From Amoebophrya sp. A120 (Eukaryota; Protista; Dinoflagellata), in NCBI GenBank assembly GCA_905178155.1, contig CAJINV010000007.1:163004-227003 (forward strand): DNA of 64,000 nt, read 5' to 3'. Shown here in pieces: positions 34,608-48,000 of this stretch. Below the pieces are notes generated by a model. The model searched no databases. It saw only the letters and a list, made by a program, of their open reading frames with translations, and was not told the DNA's origin. A program made the position numbers and the translations under genes. Each line of letters starts with the position of its first letter. Positions within the stretch are counted from its first letter, which is position 1.

Positions 34608-35309
34608 GTTTAATATGGTCCGGGTAGATATCCGTCGCTGTAAATCCTTTTCTCAAGAGTGCCACTTCTAGAGGACACGAGAGCTGTCACTAGTTAGAGT
34701 TAGTAGTTTCAAGAAACAAAAGGGTAAGGGCTGTGCTGAGATTATTTCGACTCACGCTTTGGAAGCGATGCGCACCATGCGGAGAATAAAATCAGTGGTA
34801 ACAATGTGCGGATTCAAAAGAGGTGTCGACGTGTTGGCAAGGGGTAATGAAGCATCCTGTGGTCGATGACGGTGCTGAGATTTATTTGTTGCCAAGAATT
34901 TGAATTACAATTACTCGCCGCGCCCAACGAGTAAATCAAAATAAAAGATGTGCTGCTCGGTCGTACGCGTATGTACCCCTTCCTGCGTGGAGGTTGGAGA
35001 ACAATATTATGAATAACATTTACAGCCTCATCAACATTAGGCTGTAGTCTTTCTGTTGAAACTGAACATTGAAAAATGACCGAGGGGCCTGCCTGCGACT
35101 GCGTCGTGTTCTTGTATAATTTGCGCAACAAACAAAACCGACTCATCGCGCAACCGACAGTGCTGGTTTCGAGCTACCGCTTTTCAGAGACGACCGAAAA
35201 TCAGACTTCACTTTCGTCTGCACGAAGTACATGACTACGCTAGAAGAAACATCAGAAAGGAGCCGCGGGTGCACAGTGGTGTCGGGCGAGCCCTCCGTGA
35301 GGCCGCCCG

Positions 35310-37680
35310 CGCGCCACACAGTCTTTGCACAAAGCCGAGAGAAAAGAAACGACGGCTCCAGACGGCCCCGAGCGGAAAGCGTTTGAGTGGTACCACCATG
35401 CGGGTTCCGAAAAAACAAACAAAAAGATCTTTCGCAGCAAGGAAGCCAGATTTTTTCGTGTTCTTTCCAGCCCGCACGCTAACTATCAGGAGCAAAAAGT
35501 GTCCGTCCGGGAGCCGTCAGGAGCCGTCCCGAGGGACAGATCTAAAACAAATCCGGATCGGATTCTTCTGATTTTGCGCCGAGGCAATTTTTTCAGCGAG
35601 AAATCCAGAATGCGTGAAAGCGTGGCGAAACCCGACGGCCTGGCGAAGTCTGAGGCCAACACACAAAAAAAATGACGGCTCCGGACGGCCCCCGAGCGGA
35701 AAGCTTTTGAAGGGCAACACCGTGCGGGTTCCGGCAAAAAGACGCAAAAAGATCTTTCGCAGCAAGGAAGCTAGATTTTTTCGCGTTCTTCCCAAGCCGC
35801 ACGCTATGATGAGCAAAAAGTGTCCGTCCGGAAGCCGTCCGGAGCCGTCCCGAGGGACAGATCTAAAACAAATCCGGAGCAGATTCTTTTGATTTTGTGC
35901 CAAGGCCATTTTTTCAGCGAGAAATCCAGAACGCGTGAAAGCGTAACGAAACCCGACGGCCTGGTGAATTCTGAGGCCGACGTACAAAAAAAATGACGGC
36001 TCCGGACGGCCCCCGCGCGGAAAGTTTTTGAAGGGCAGCACCGTGCGGGTTCCGAAAAAAAAGAAACAAAAAGACCTTTCGCAGCAAGGAAGCTAGATTT
36101 TTTCGTGTTCTTTCCAACCCGAGCGCTATGATGAGCAAAAAGTGTCCGTCCGGAAGCCGTCCGGAGCCGTCCCGAGGGACAGATCTAAAACAAATCCGGA
36201 GCGGATTCTTTTGATTTTGCGCCGACGCAATTTTTTCGGCGAGAAATACAGAATGCGCGAAAGCGCAAGAAAACCCGACGGCCTGGTGAATTCTGAGGCC
36301 GACGTACAAAAAAAATGACGGCTCCGGACGGCCCCCGCGCGGAAAGCTTTTGAAGGGCAGCACCGTGCGGGCCCCGAAAAAAAGAAACAAAAAGACCTTT
36401 CGCAGCAAGGAAGCTAGCTTTTTTCGTGTTCTCTTCAACCCGCACGCTATGAGGAGCAAAAAGTGTCCGTCCGGGGGCCGTCCGGAGCCGTCCCGAGGGA
36501 CAGATCTAAAACAAATCCGGAACGGATTCTTTTGATTTTGTGCCAAGGCCATTTTTTAAGCGAGAAATCCAGAACGCGTGAAAGCGTAACGAAACCCGGC
36601 GGCCTGGTGAATCCTGAGGCCGACGTACAAAAAAAAAGACGGCTCCGGACGGCCCCCGCGCGGAAAGCTTTTGAAGGGCAGCGCCGTGCGGGTTCCGAAA
36701 AAAAGAAACAAAAAGACCTTTTGCAGCAAGGAAGCTAGATTTTTTCGTGTTCTTTCCAACCCGCACGCTATGATGAGCAAAAAGTGTCCGTCCGGAAGCC
36801 GTCCGGAGCCGTCCCGAGGGACAGATCTAAAACAAATCCGGAGCGGATTCTTTTGATTTTGTGCCAAGGCCATTTTTTCAGCGAGAAATCCAGAACGCGT
36901 GAAAGCGTAACGAAGCCCGACGGCCTGGTGAATTCTGAGGCCGACGTACAAAAAAAATGACGGCTCCGGACGGCCCCCGAGCGGGAAGCTTTCGAAAGGC
37001 AGCACCGTGCGGGTTCCGAAAAAAAGCAACAAAAAGACCTTTCGCAGCAAGGAAGCTAGATTTTTTCGTGTTCTCTCCAACCCGCACGCTATCAGGAGCA
37101 AAAAGTGTCCGTCCGGAAGCCGTCCGAACCCGTCCTGAAAGAGAAAGTCTGAGCGAAACCGCAGCGGCTTCTGATCATTCTATACCTTTTCCAATTTTTT
37201 CACTGAAAATGAGAAAACATCCCCGTTGAAGTGAAGCACGACGGTATGAGTGCCGGTTGGCCAAAACCGAGAAAAACCCGACGGCTCCGGACGGCTCGGG
37301 GACGGATGATCTATGGAAGGCCGCTCCGTGCGGATTGGAAATTATTGGAAGAGAAAAACCTTCGCAGACCACGAAGGCGCAATTTTCTCTCAATTTTCCA
37401 AGCCGCATGCTACGAGGGCCATACACCATCCGTCCGGGGGCCGTCCGGAGCCGTCGCGAGAGAAACAATTTTCACGAAACCGAAGCGGCTTCTGATCATT
37501 TGATACCTTTCCCAATTTTTTCACTGAAAATGAAAAAACATACCCGTTGAAGTGAAGCACGAGGGTAGGAGGGCCGTTGGGCCAAAACCGAGGAAAAAAC
37601 GACGGCTCCGGACGGGTCAGGGAGGGAGGGGCTATGAGAGGCCGCTCCGTGCGGATTGGAAATTCTTGGAAGAGAAAAAC
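35310..37680. repeat. ~321-bp tandem satellite (~5.7 units) followed by ~1.6 units of a related variant
   Basis: gagccgtcccgagggacagatct recurs near 35521, 35842, 36164, 36486, 36807. Confidence 0.92.
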
Positions 37681-38518
37681 GCTTTCAGGTGATCATACTT
37701 AAATTGATGAACACCGGACGACACGACACGGGGACCTCTGCCTCCCGCGGGACCGGGCGTCATCGAACGCTCGGCCAACTGATTACCTTTTCATCTTTGA
37801 CGGCAGCATGAATATTGCGTGTCATGTGTCGCAACTGCTAGAAGCTACGTGGCACGTAGTACGTGCAGTATAGTAGTTTCATAGTACGGTCTTTCGATGC
37901 CGCGAACCGACATCGGGGCTGCGAGCCGGCAGTTTTTGTCCACATCGATCACCTAGCGGATCATCATGCTGCTGCCTGTTAGTGGTCTGACCAGGATTTT
38001 AGGTCTCTACTTCTACCTACTCTCCACGACTACAAGTCCGAGCCATTCTAAAAAATCAAAACTAGTGCGGTGGGGCAAAAATCATACAGGGGTTAGGAGA
38101 TAGAGAGCAAAGTGTACAAAATTCACTAGATATAGATACATGGTCAACCTAAAGCTGGAGACCAGACAAAAAGGAAGCTCATGCACAGAGGGTGCGGGGT
38201 TGAAGATGATCGCCATGTAGTAAAAATAAAAAAGCAAACTACTCTATCTTCTTCAAGTTGGTGGACCGTCACCACACGACCTACCGCACATCTGTTTTTT
38301 TTTGTGCAGGGCCACGTGCATAGTCATCAACTGCCAAGAACGCTGCTCATCTTCAGCTAAAAACAAGCAGTCTATAGTAGTACTTAGAAGCCACTTCGCC
38401 AATACTTTGAAGCGATTTCTTATTTCAACATAATTTTGTGTTCATCTTCCACTTGGTACAGCAACTTTGGATAGCAATTGTTTCTCCCTTGAGTTGTAGA
38501 AGTAGTTCTTCCATCTCT

Positions 38519-40062
38519 TCAGGGGCACTGTTATCAAATGCAAATATGTCTGGGTCTGGAAGAGTGCATGTTTCTCATGCTTGTCTGGCATGACTCTTAA
38601 CTCTGTCATGCACGTTACCCAAGAGCCCCTTTTTGCTGTTATGCAAAAACGTAGCTTGTCATGCAGAATTGGCAACACCTAGAAGCTCAAAAGCTTGTCA
38701 TGCTGAGCCAGCACTTGTGGCCTCCTCATGATACGCCACCCAGCATCACGAGTTTCCAGACCCAGACATATTTGCAATGCATAACTGTTTCGAAATCCAT
38801 TTGCCGTCCGGATGGTAATCGCCGTAGAAACGCTGGCGTGCAGCGTTAAACTCCGGTTCAAGGTCTTCAGTCGCGGCTGCACTATATCCGGGGTCAAAAG
38901 CGCTACAGTGCAGCTCGTCCGGTTTTTTGGAACGTGAATTGCACCGGCAAGGCTGCGCATCCGCGGACCCTGTCCGCATTCCGGTGAAGCTGGGCCCGCA
39001 GCACTGGGTGGCTTCCTTCCAGTCTATCGTGTCGAAATCCATCCCCCCGCGCGTGATGTACCACACGTAGTCCCCTTTTATGACAGTGCACAACCCCCCC
39101 TCCCCCTCATTTGTACAACTGCGCGAACAGCAATACAAACACGAGCACACGTGGAGCCGGTGCATGACAAGTTCATGTGCCTAGTGTGCTAGTACTGTTT
39201 GGACTTCCGGAATCTCTCATGCATACAGTGCCACAGGGAAGCAAATGGATTTAGGCTTTTGCATTACAAATGAGGGGGAGCAGGGGGAGTTGTGCACGGT
39301 CATACCTTTGTTGTACGTGATAATAGGCCAGAAGCCGCGGGAAGAGCAATTTTTCAGGTCGTGGTCATACTTCGCCGCGCAGTCATCCTTCGTAACGACA
39401 AATTGGTAATCCGCATTGCAGTCGTACTTTTTGCAATCATCTTCGGGGGGGTCCTGTGCTGCTCCTTCAAGTTCATCCAGGTTACGATTAGAGAACCCTG
39501 ACGAGGAGACACTCTTCGTCAGCTGCAGCCCTTGCTGCCCCGGAGTAGAACTCGTGGAGACCACGCCCTTGACAACTATCGACACCGTTTCTCCCCCGCG
39601 CGTAGACGTCACATACCGCACTCCACCTTGCTCAAACGACGAGACCTGCTGGCGGGACGTAGTATCCTCTCCCTTCTCATCTTCTTGTTCGAGGAAGCTC
39701 GTGCCCTTCTTCAGGCCAAGCTTCGACGTGCCTGTTTGATGAAAAGACACGACAGGAGTGGACGACCCGACAGGCTCAGTGTTCTGCAAGTGCTCGACGT
39801 CCGAAGCATCTACCATGCTGGCAACTGTATCCGCGTTCTCAGCGGGCTTAATGTTATTCTTATCCAGCAGTCCCTCCGATAACATCGATTGCGGTTTTCC
39901 GTCGTCCTCGAGCTGCACCTCCTCCACCTTGTTGTACTTCGGTTCTTTTGCAGCGTCCTCGAGCTGCACCTCCTCCATTTTCGGATCGGCAGCAACGGAA
40001 CGCAAAGCCCCCGCACAGGCCAAAAGAAAAATCGGAACGAGGGCACGCAGGTTTTTTGCCAT
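38519..40062 (-). CDS. Putative secreted protein: signal peptide, acidic pro-region, Cys-rich C-terminal domain (3 exons)
   Basis: MAKNLRALVPIFLLACAGALRSVAA; joins TYNKG|DYVWY and WISKQ|CP* in frame. Confidence 0.8.
38532..38783. mobile_element. Introner family A
   Basis: TIR; TSD actgt. Confidence 0.9.
39079..39304. mobile_element. Introner family F
   Basis: TATgacagtgcacaaccccc..tcatttgt / acaaatgaggggg..ttgtgcacggtcATA; TSD ccttt. Confidence 0.9.
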
Positions 40063-41780
40063 CTTTGCTAGTGCTGAGGAAGTGAAGTCTACTTGTTGTT
40101 TAACTTTAAGTTTATTCTTTCTGCATCAAGTTCTTGTTTTTTTATTTTTCGCGTCGTAATATGATGCTCGTCAGTTCTTGTAGTTGGATGTTGATGAACA
40201 AGATGCTCTTTTATTTTCCACAAGATGAATCACGCTTTTTTTTCCCACCAGAATATTGATTCTATCTGATGTTGACTTTGCAACTTTATTCACAGCACAG
40301 AAGGAGAAGCGCCCTTATACCAGTATTGTACAATAAGCGAAACTGTTTTATATATTTCAAACGTTAATGAATCTTCGTAGTCGTGGATGTTGATAGCATA
40401 CTATCGGCTCACAACTCTCAGCGCATCACCGAGTGGTTTTGCGATCGCCTTGATTTGAGTTTTACCGACGCTAGGGCAATTACCACTCAGTTGTGCGTAG
40501 ATCCGAAAGCGATCCCTGCGCTGATGACCGATAGCGTGACATCAACCAGGATCCTCTCTAGTAATATTTTCGACCATTTCTGCTCACCCTATTTGTTGTT
40601 GATCCATTTTCTCATGCCAAAAGGACTTTTATTTTCTGGCAACAAATCTCAATTTGAGCAGCACATTCTGATCGCCACAATCAAATTCTCAATGAACTTG
40701 TTCTTTTTCGACTAAAACAAAACCGAGCGAAGATTTAGCTGGCAACAACATGGAAACACGATTTATTTTTTGCCCAATAGGAAGAAACCGATGTTGAGCA
40801 AAGGAAAGGCACACTCTTGAAAGGCCGTGACAGTACTTCAGCGCATCCTCTCAGGGAGAGCGAGTAACCACTCATCTCGCGTTAGTTTACAACTATGTAG
40901 TGACAACAAAGCAGCCACTCGAGCCCGACGTAGCTCCAGCTGTACACAGAACAAGATCGCGAAGCCCCAAATATGATCGCGAGGCCGCAAACTTGGACTT
41001 GCTTGCTTTTCCTAGAATTTTTCAGCCTGCTCCCAAGACCCGCACATCAACCACATACACACATCTCACACCTGTTGTACTTACAACTCTCGACGTGGAA
41101 TTTGGTCCCGTCGTACCTATCACTGAGAAAAGCTGCGAAGGTGCCACAACAAGCATGGGAATTATATGTAGATCGCTACGGAATGTGGTGGTCGGTAAGG
41201 AGGCTAGTACATACTCTTCACTATAGTAAATCCCAGGGGGAAAAAAAAAAGTTGATTGTTGTCCTGTAGGTCTAAACTAAACTTGATTTTTCAACTTTGG
41301 ACGACGAACTAATTCATGATTTTCCGCCTCTTCGCGAACTAATTCATGACTTTGACTCCTGTAAGTACACTTTATTATTTGTTCTCCTTTGAATCATACA
41401 CTCCTACTTTTTTTGCTAGGCACAATATGCGAGTATCTCCCTGTGCTTCTTGATGGTCTTGGCTAGGTATTTTTGCCCCAACGAGGACTAGAGAAATCTT
41501 ATTCTCTGGCATAATTGTCTCTTCTCACGAGAAAACATCTTCTCGTCGTTCACTTTTCAAGGCAGATGGATATGGAATGATGTGTCGGAGGTTTTTCTCG
41601 TCTCCCGATGTCACTATTTGGTACTTATTTGTTGGAAATAATATATGTATCATGCGCACGCCAGAGGAGGACAATGTGTAGATCCCTACATGAGCTACTT
41701 CAGAAAGCTGGCGGAGTTCGCGGGGGCGGGCAGCTTCATCTTTTTATAGTAGAAGTAGTAACTATAGATACTCTTATAAT

Positions 41781-44018
41781 TTACAAACTAAGTAACTGCG
41801 TTGCGTCGTCTGAAGCAGAAGCTAACAACGACGCCTTCCTGCTCTCCTTCTCAACCAGCAGCTGGGCATCGCGCAGCTTCTCGCCGATGCGGCGCAATTC
41901 CTCCTTTTCGCTCCCCCATTTGAGGGCAATAAAATCCTGAACCTTATCGCGCAACTCCGTCAGAAGCTTACTCACCGTATCCCGTTGCGCCCACGCGTCC
42001 TTCACCGAAGTGCTGACGCCTGTTCGTGTGTCCGTCGGTTTACCTTTGCGCAAAGAGCCGTCTTCGCGGAACAGAACATCTGCATGACTGCTGGTCGGCA
42101 ACAGCACCTGGTGTGTCTTGTATTCGATTCGGGGCACCCAGTTCGGCGGGGCAGTAGAAGAAGTTCTCGTCCAACTAGTAGAACTACTAGTGCTTGTCGG
42201 CGGGGCACTAGAAGAAGTTCTTCGACTAGTAGAACTGCCAGTGCTTCTAGAAGAGGTTCTACTCCTGCTCCTGCTGCGACTTCTTCTTCTCCAATCTCCT
42301 CGTGTGGAGGATGAGGAGCCGGCGCCCGGCAGCGTGGTCGTGTCAACATTTTCCGTCTCTCCTCCATCCGAAGAAGGAAACTCCTCTTGGAATTCCTTGA
42401 TTTCATCTACTGCCTCCTTCGAAACAAGCTCCAATGTGTCGACTTCATTTGCCACCGTCTGGAATTCCGTCTGTAATCGCTGTATCAAAACGAAAAGTTG
42501 TGTAGCCCCGCAATTACGCTCAGAAAGGCGACGAGGCATCTGATATTTTTCCTCTGCAATACGAAATAAGCTCGCCTTGTTCTTCTAGTTGTACATGGAA
42601 ATAGAAACTTTTGACGCGCATCGACGGACAAGGACGACGCATCGATCTTTTAATTTAGGAGAATGATCTTCTAGGCCAAAAATTATGCAGGAGATTTTCA
42701 GCCTCATCAACCCTTGAGAGACAGGACGTAGCACAAGATATACCATGCACCGCTATCAAGCAGAAATTTGGAATAAAGCTGCTCTGGCGCTGGCCTGCAA
42801 GTTTGTCATGCAAAAATGCAAACAATTCTTTTCCACAGAAAACAACTCTATGGGCACGACTGCAGGGGCGCAACTTTTCAGCAGGATATGCTCCAGCTCC
42901 GGTTCCAAGGCAGCCATGGCTTCGATTGCCTCCTCCAAGTCCACGAAACCGATTCTCTCAAGTTTGTCATGCGCGGCGCCCAAGTCGTGGCTCAAGGTTG
43001 TAGGCGTGACCTCATTCTCATGGGCGGCCATCAGCTGCGCGAGCGCACCACCGGCCTTCTTGCTGAGCCACTTCTTCACTGGCTTTCGCTCTACTAGAAC
43101 CAGCCCCTTGAAGGAGGTCGTGTTATGGTCCTCATCGTGTTCGTCGTCCGTGTCCTCTGCGACCAAGTGTGCCCGAGCTTCCTGCAGTTTCTGCTTCACA
43201 TAATTGCGGTGTGTTTCAATGTCGCTGAGCACACGCTGCAGGCTCTCCACCCGAGACCACTCGGCCTCGACGCCGTCTAGAAGTGCTTGCTGCAGCAGCT
43301 CCTGGTCGGTTATGTCAGACGACGAGGACGTGGAGAACACGCGCTCGGCCCAAACGCGGTCGGCGCTGTCTTTCACAATTTCCTCCGCCGCCAGAACCGC
43401 CTTCCTCGCCAGTTTGGTACGAGCTTCTGCGCCGGCAAGATTGGCACGCAAATTCAACGATGATTCATAGGCTGATAGTCCTTGTGATAACTCGCGTCGT
43501 GGTCCTGCTGGCGATGCAGCTGGCGCGATCTCTTTCACCACTTGTTCCACCACTGCTCCTTGATGTTCCTTTTCACCCGCCGCGACAGGAGCCGCTTCAT
43601 CCACGAAAGCTCCAAGTCGACGAAACGGAGGAAGAAGCGTCTGCTTCCCCCGCAATCTGTATTTTTTCGGGCCTGCCGACTGGAGCACTCGCTTATTTTT
43701 GTTTTCTACAGGAAGCAGCTTCTGCTTCCCCCGCAATCTGTATTTCGGGCCTGCCGACTGACCACGCACTCGGTTATTTTTCAAGGAAGCAAGCGCTTGT
43801 TGCTCTCCCCCTTTTTTGCCCTGGTTCGGTCGTGTGGATCCGGGACTTCTAGTAGATAAAAAGAAGTCGCCGGAAGTTGTAGATACGGGCTGCTTCTTAC
43901 TCAATCGTGGCGTTGCTCCTCCTTCATCTAGGTCAAACCTTCTCTTGCGCGGCGTGCCCCCTCCCTCGACGAGCGCAACAAGCAACGAGAACGCGATGCC
44001 TAACGAGGCCCTTCTCAT
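41781..44018 (-). CDS. Putative secreted protein with basic NLS-like motifs, coiled coils and RS tract (~610 aa, 2 exons)
   Basis: ORFs 42756..44018 and 41781..42539 join in frame (EPELE|RLQTEF) across introner 42483-42888; hydrophobic N-terminus. Confidence 0.78.
42483..42888. mobile_element. Divergent introner (D-like)
   Basis: TATcaaaacgaaaagttgtgtagcccc / ggggcgcaacttttcagcaggATA; TSD cgctg/tgctc. Confidence 0.72.
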
Positions 44019-45049
44019 GGTGCCAACTACTTTTTTGATTTCTCGATAATTATTAACTCAAGTACTTTATTGAAGATTTCAAAATTGCGGAATTACCGGT
44101 TTTCGTCCGCCGGTACAAGTAAAACCCGTCTTATCTAGAAGTAGTAAATACTTTGACAATTTGGGGTAAACAATTCGATAGAAGATGTCACGGGGGATTG
44201 GTCTCACTGTGCACCTAGAAGTTGTACGCAAGGGCGGCGGGAAATCTTGGAAGGGGTACCACCACCGCTGGGTAGAAAATTATAACAAAAGCAAAACAAT
44301 AAAATCAAAATATAGACCTGGAACCAGCTACAAACATTTATATATGCGGAAGTATCTTGGCAATTCAGTTTGGTAGAGCTGGTCGTGCGTCAACTATAAT
44401 GATGTACTACGAGCGATGAAAGGTTTCAATTGTTTCGCGGGTAGGGTAGGGGTAGTTTCTTTTTACTTTGGCTAGAGCGTCAAAACAACCAAAACTGTAG
44501 TTGTTGATGTTATTGAGGGTGATTTTGTTTTTGGTCATCTCTGGTCCTCCCAGACAGAGTGCTGCAAATTATGGCCTTGTTCATCATGATTTCGTATTTC
44601 GACTACCTTATCGTTTCTCACAGGGACACCTTGGAGATGGATCTGTCTGTATTTTTCGGAGAAAATCATGAAGATTTTGTCGTTCGAAGGAAACCGATAA
44701 GATTTCTGTGCTGCACTTCCTTGTAATTCAAATTTATTCACTTGATGGACCGAACAACTGCTCAAGATGCTTTTGCTGGATCTTCGTCTTCATGTGAATT
44801 TCATAATTTGGAATTGGATTTGGAATTGGACCGTCAGACTTTTACAGAAATTTCATGGAGCTACTTTTTCCCTGACGCGAAACTACTCTTATTTTCAACA
44901 ACATTTTGAGGCCTCCATCTTCATTAGAACATCAACCTCGGGTCGGGCTGATTAGGCCTCCGCGAAGACAACTACTGCGACTCTAAGCCTTAGACTTTAA
45001 GCCTTAGACTGTCCCTGTTCGATCCCTTGGCTGAACTACTAGTGAAAAC

Positions 45050-48000
45050 AAGTCCGGTTTTGTTTCTCCCGGTATAGCAACTCGCCATCCGCGAGAAGCA
45101 AAAAAAAGGCCCCGGAGACCCGGAATGCAAAACCCAAGACCTCGACCACACCATCGCGGAAAAAATCCGCTAAGCAAAAAAAGCTGCTTTCGTTGGATAG
45201 CAACTTTGCTCCGGACCCCAGACCCTTCGCCGGTGGTAGAAATGGTGGCAACAGCTCCTGTTTTGCTTCTCCCGGTATAGCAACTCGCCATCCGCGAGGA
45301 GCAAAAAAAAGGCCCGGGGAACCCGGGATGCAAAACCCAAGACCTCGACCACACCATCGCGCAAAAAATCCGCCAAGCAAAAAAAGGTGCTTTCGTTGGA
45401 TAGCAACTTTGCTCCGGACCCAAGAAGCAAAATTTGGGCTCCGGAGGGGCGCACGCGGCATCCTGGGCAAACGAGCATACCCCCGTCGCTGCTATCTGCA
45501 GACCAAAAAAGCTTGCTTTTGTGACGTAGCAACTTTGCTCCAGCGCAAACAACCCCAAACCCTATCCAAAGAGCAGCAACAGCTCCGGTTTTTGTTTTGT
45601 CACAAAAAATCCAAGGGCCGACGAGAAGCCAAATATGGGCTGCGGAGAGGCACAAGCGGCGCCCTGGGCAAACGAGCATACCCCCGTCGCTGCTATATGC
45701 AGACCGAAAAAAACTGCTTTGGTGCCGTAGCAGTTTTGCTCCAGCGCAAACAACCCCAAACCCTATCCAAAGAGCAGCAACAGCTCCTGTTTTTGTATTG
45801 TCGCAAAAAATCCAAGTGCTGGCTAGAAGCAAAATTTGGGGTCCGGAGAGGCACCAGCGGCATGCTGGGCAAACGAGCATACCCTCGCTGCTGCTATCTG
45901 CAGACCAAAAAAGCTTGCTTTTGTGACGTAGCAACTTTGCTCCAGCGCAAACAACCCCAAACCCTATCCAAAGAGCAGCAACAGCTCCTGTTTTTGTTTT
46001 TTCACAAAAAATCCCAGGGCCGACGAGAAGCAAAATATGGGCTCCGGAGAGGCACCAGCGGCATCCTGGGCAAACGAGCATACCCTCGCTGCTGCTATCT
46101 GCAGACCAAAAAAGCTTGCTTTTGTGACGTAGCAACTTTGCTCCAGCGCAAACAACCCCAAACCCTATCCAAAGAGCAGCAACAGCTCCTGTTTTTGTTT
46201 TTTCACAAAAAATCCCAGGGCCGACGAGAAGCAAAATATGGGCTCCGAAGAGGCACCAGCGGCATCCTGGGCAAACGAGCATACCCTCGCTGCTGCTATC
46301 TGCAGACCAAAAAAGCTTGCTTTTGTGACGTAGCAGCTTTGCTCCACCGCAAACAACAGCAAACCCTATCCAAAGAGCAGCCACATCTCCTGTCTTTGTT
46401 TTGTCAGAAAAAATCCAAGTGCTGGCAAGAAGCAAAATTTGGGGTCCGGAGAGGCACCAGCGGCATCCTGGGCAAACGAGCATACCCTCGCTGCTGCTAT
46501 CTGCAGACCAAAAAAGCTTGCTTTTGTGACGTAGCAACTTTGCTCCAGCGCAAACAACCCCAATAAACCCTATCCAAAGAGTAGCAACAGCTCCTGTTTT
46601 TGTTTTGTCGCAAAAAATTCAAGTGCTGGCAAGAAGCAAAATTTGGGCTCCGGAGAGGCACACGCGGCACCCTGGGCAAACGAGCATACCCTCGCTGCTG
46701 CTATCTGGAGACCATAAAAACCTGCTTTGATGGCGTAGCAGTTTTGCTCCAGCGCAAACAACCCCAAACCCTATCCAAAGAGCAGCAACAGCTCCTGTTT
46801 TTGTTTTGTCACAAAAAATCCAAGTGCTGGCAAGAAGCAAAATTTGGGCTCCGGAGAGGCACACGCGGCACCCTGGGCAAACGAGCATACCCTCGCTGCT
46901 GCTATCTGCAGACCAAAACAAGCCTGCTTTGGTGCCGTAGCAGTTTTGCTCCAGCGCAAATAACCCCAAACCCTATCCAAAGAGCAGCAACAGCTCCTGT
47001 TTTTGTATTGTCGCAAAAAATCCAAGTGCTGGCAAGAAGCAAAATATGGGCTCCGGAGAGGCGCAAGCGGCACCCTGGGCAAACGAGCATACCCTCGCTG
47101 CTGCTATCTGGAGACCAAAAAAACCTGCTTTGATGGCGTAGCAGTTTTGCTCCAGCGCAAACAACCCCAAACCCTATCCAAAGAGCAGCAACAGCTCCTG
47201 TTTTTGTTTTTTCGCAAAAAATCCAAGGGCCGACGAGAAGCAAAATATGGGCTGCGGAGGTGCACAAGCGGCACCCTGGGCAAACGAGCATACCCTCGCT
47301 GCTGCTATCTGGAGACCAAAAAAGTTTGCTTTTGTGATGTTGCAACTTTGCTCCAACGCAAACAACCCCAAACCCTATCCAAAGAGCAGCAACAGCTCCT
47401 GTTTTTGTTTTGTCACAAAAAATCCAAGTGCTGGCAAGAAGCAAAATTTCGGCTCCGGAGGGGCACAAGCGGCACCCTGGGCAAACGAGCATACCCTCGC
47501 CGCTGCTATCTGGAGACCAAAAAATTCTGCTTTGGTGCCGTCGCAGTTTTGCTCCAGCGCACACAACCCCAAACACCTGTCGATCCAAAGAGCACCAACA
47601 GCTCCTGTTTCTGTTTTGTCACAAAAAATCCAAGTGCTGGCAAGAAGAAAAATATGGGCTGCGGAGGGGCACAAGCGGCACCCTGGGCAAACGAGCATAG
47701 CCTCGCTGCTGCTATCTGGAGACCAAAAAAACCTGCTTTGGTGCCGTAGCAGTTTTGCTCCAGCGCAAACAACCCCAAACCCTATCCAAAGAGCAGCAAC
47801 AGCTCCTGTTTTTGTTTTGTCACAATGAATCCCAGCGCCGGGAAGAAGCAAAATATGGGCTGCGGAGGGGCACAAGCGGCAACCTGGGCAAACGAGCATA
47901 CCCTCGCTGCTGCTATCTGCAGACCGAAAAAAGGCGCTCTCGTGATGTTGCAGCTTTGCTCCAGCGCAAACAACCCCAAACCCTATCCAAAGAGCAGCAG

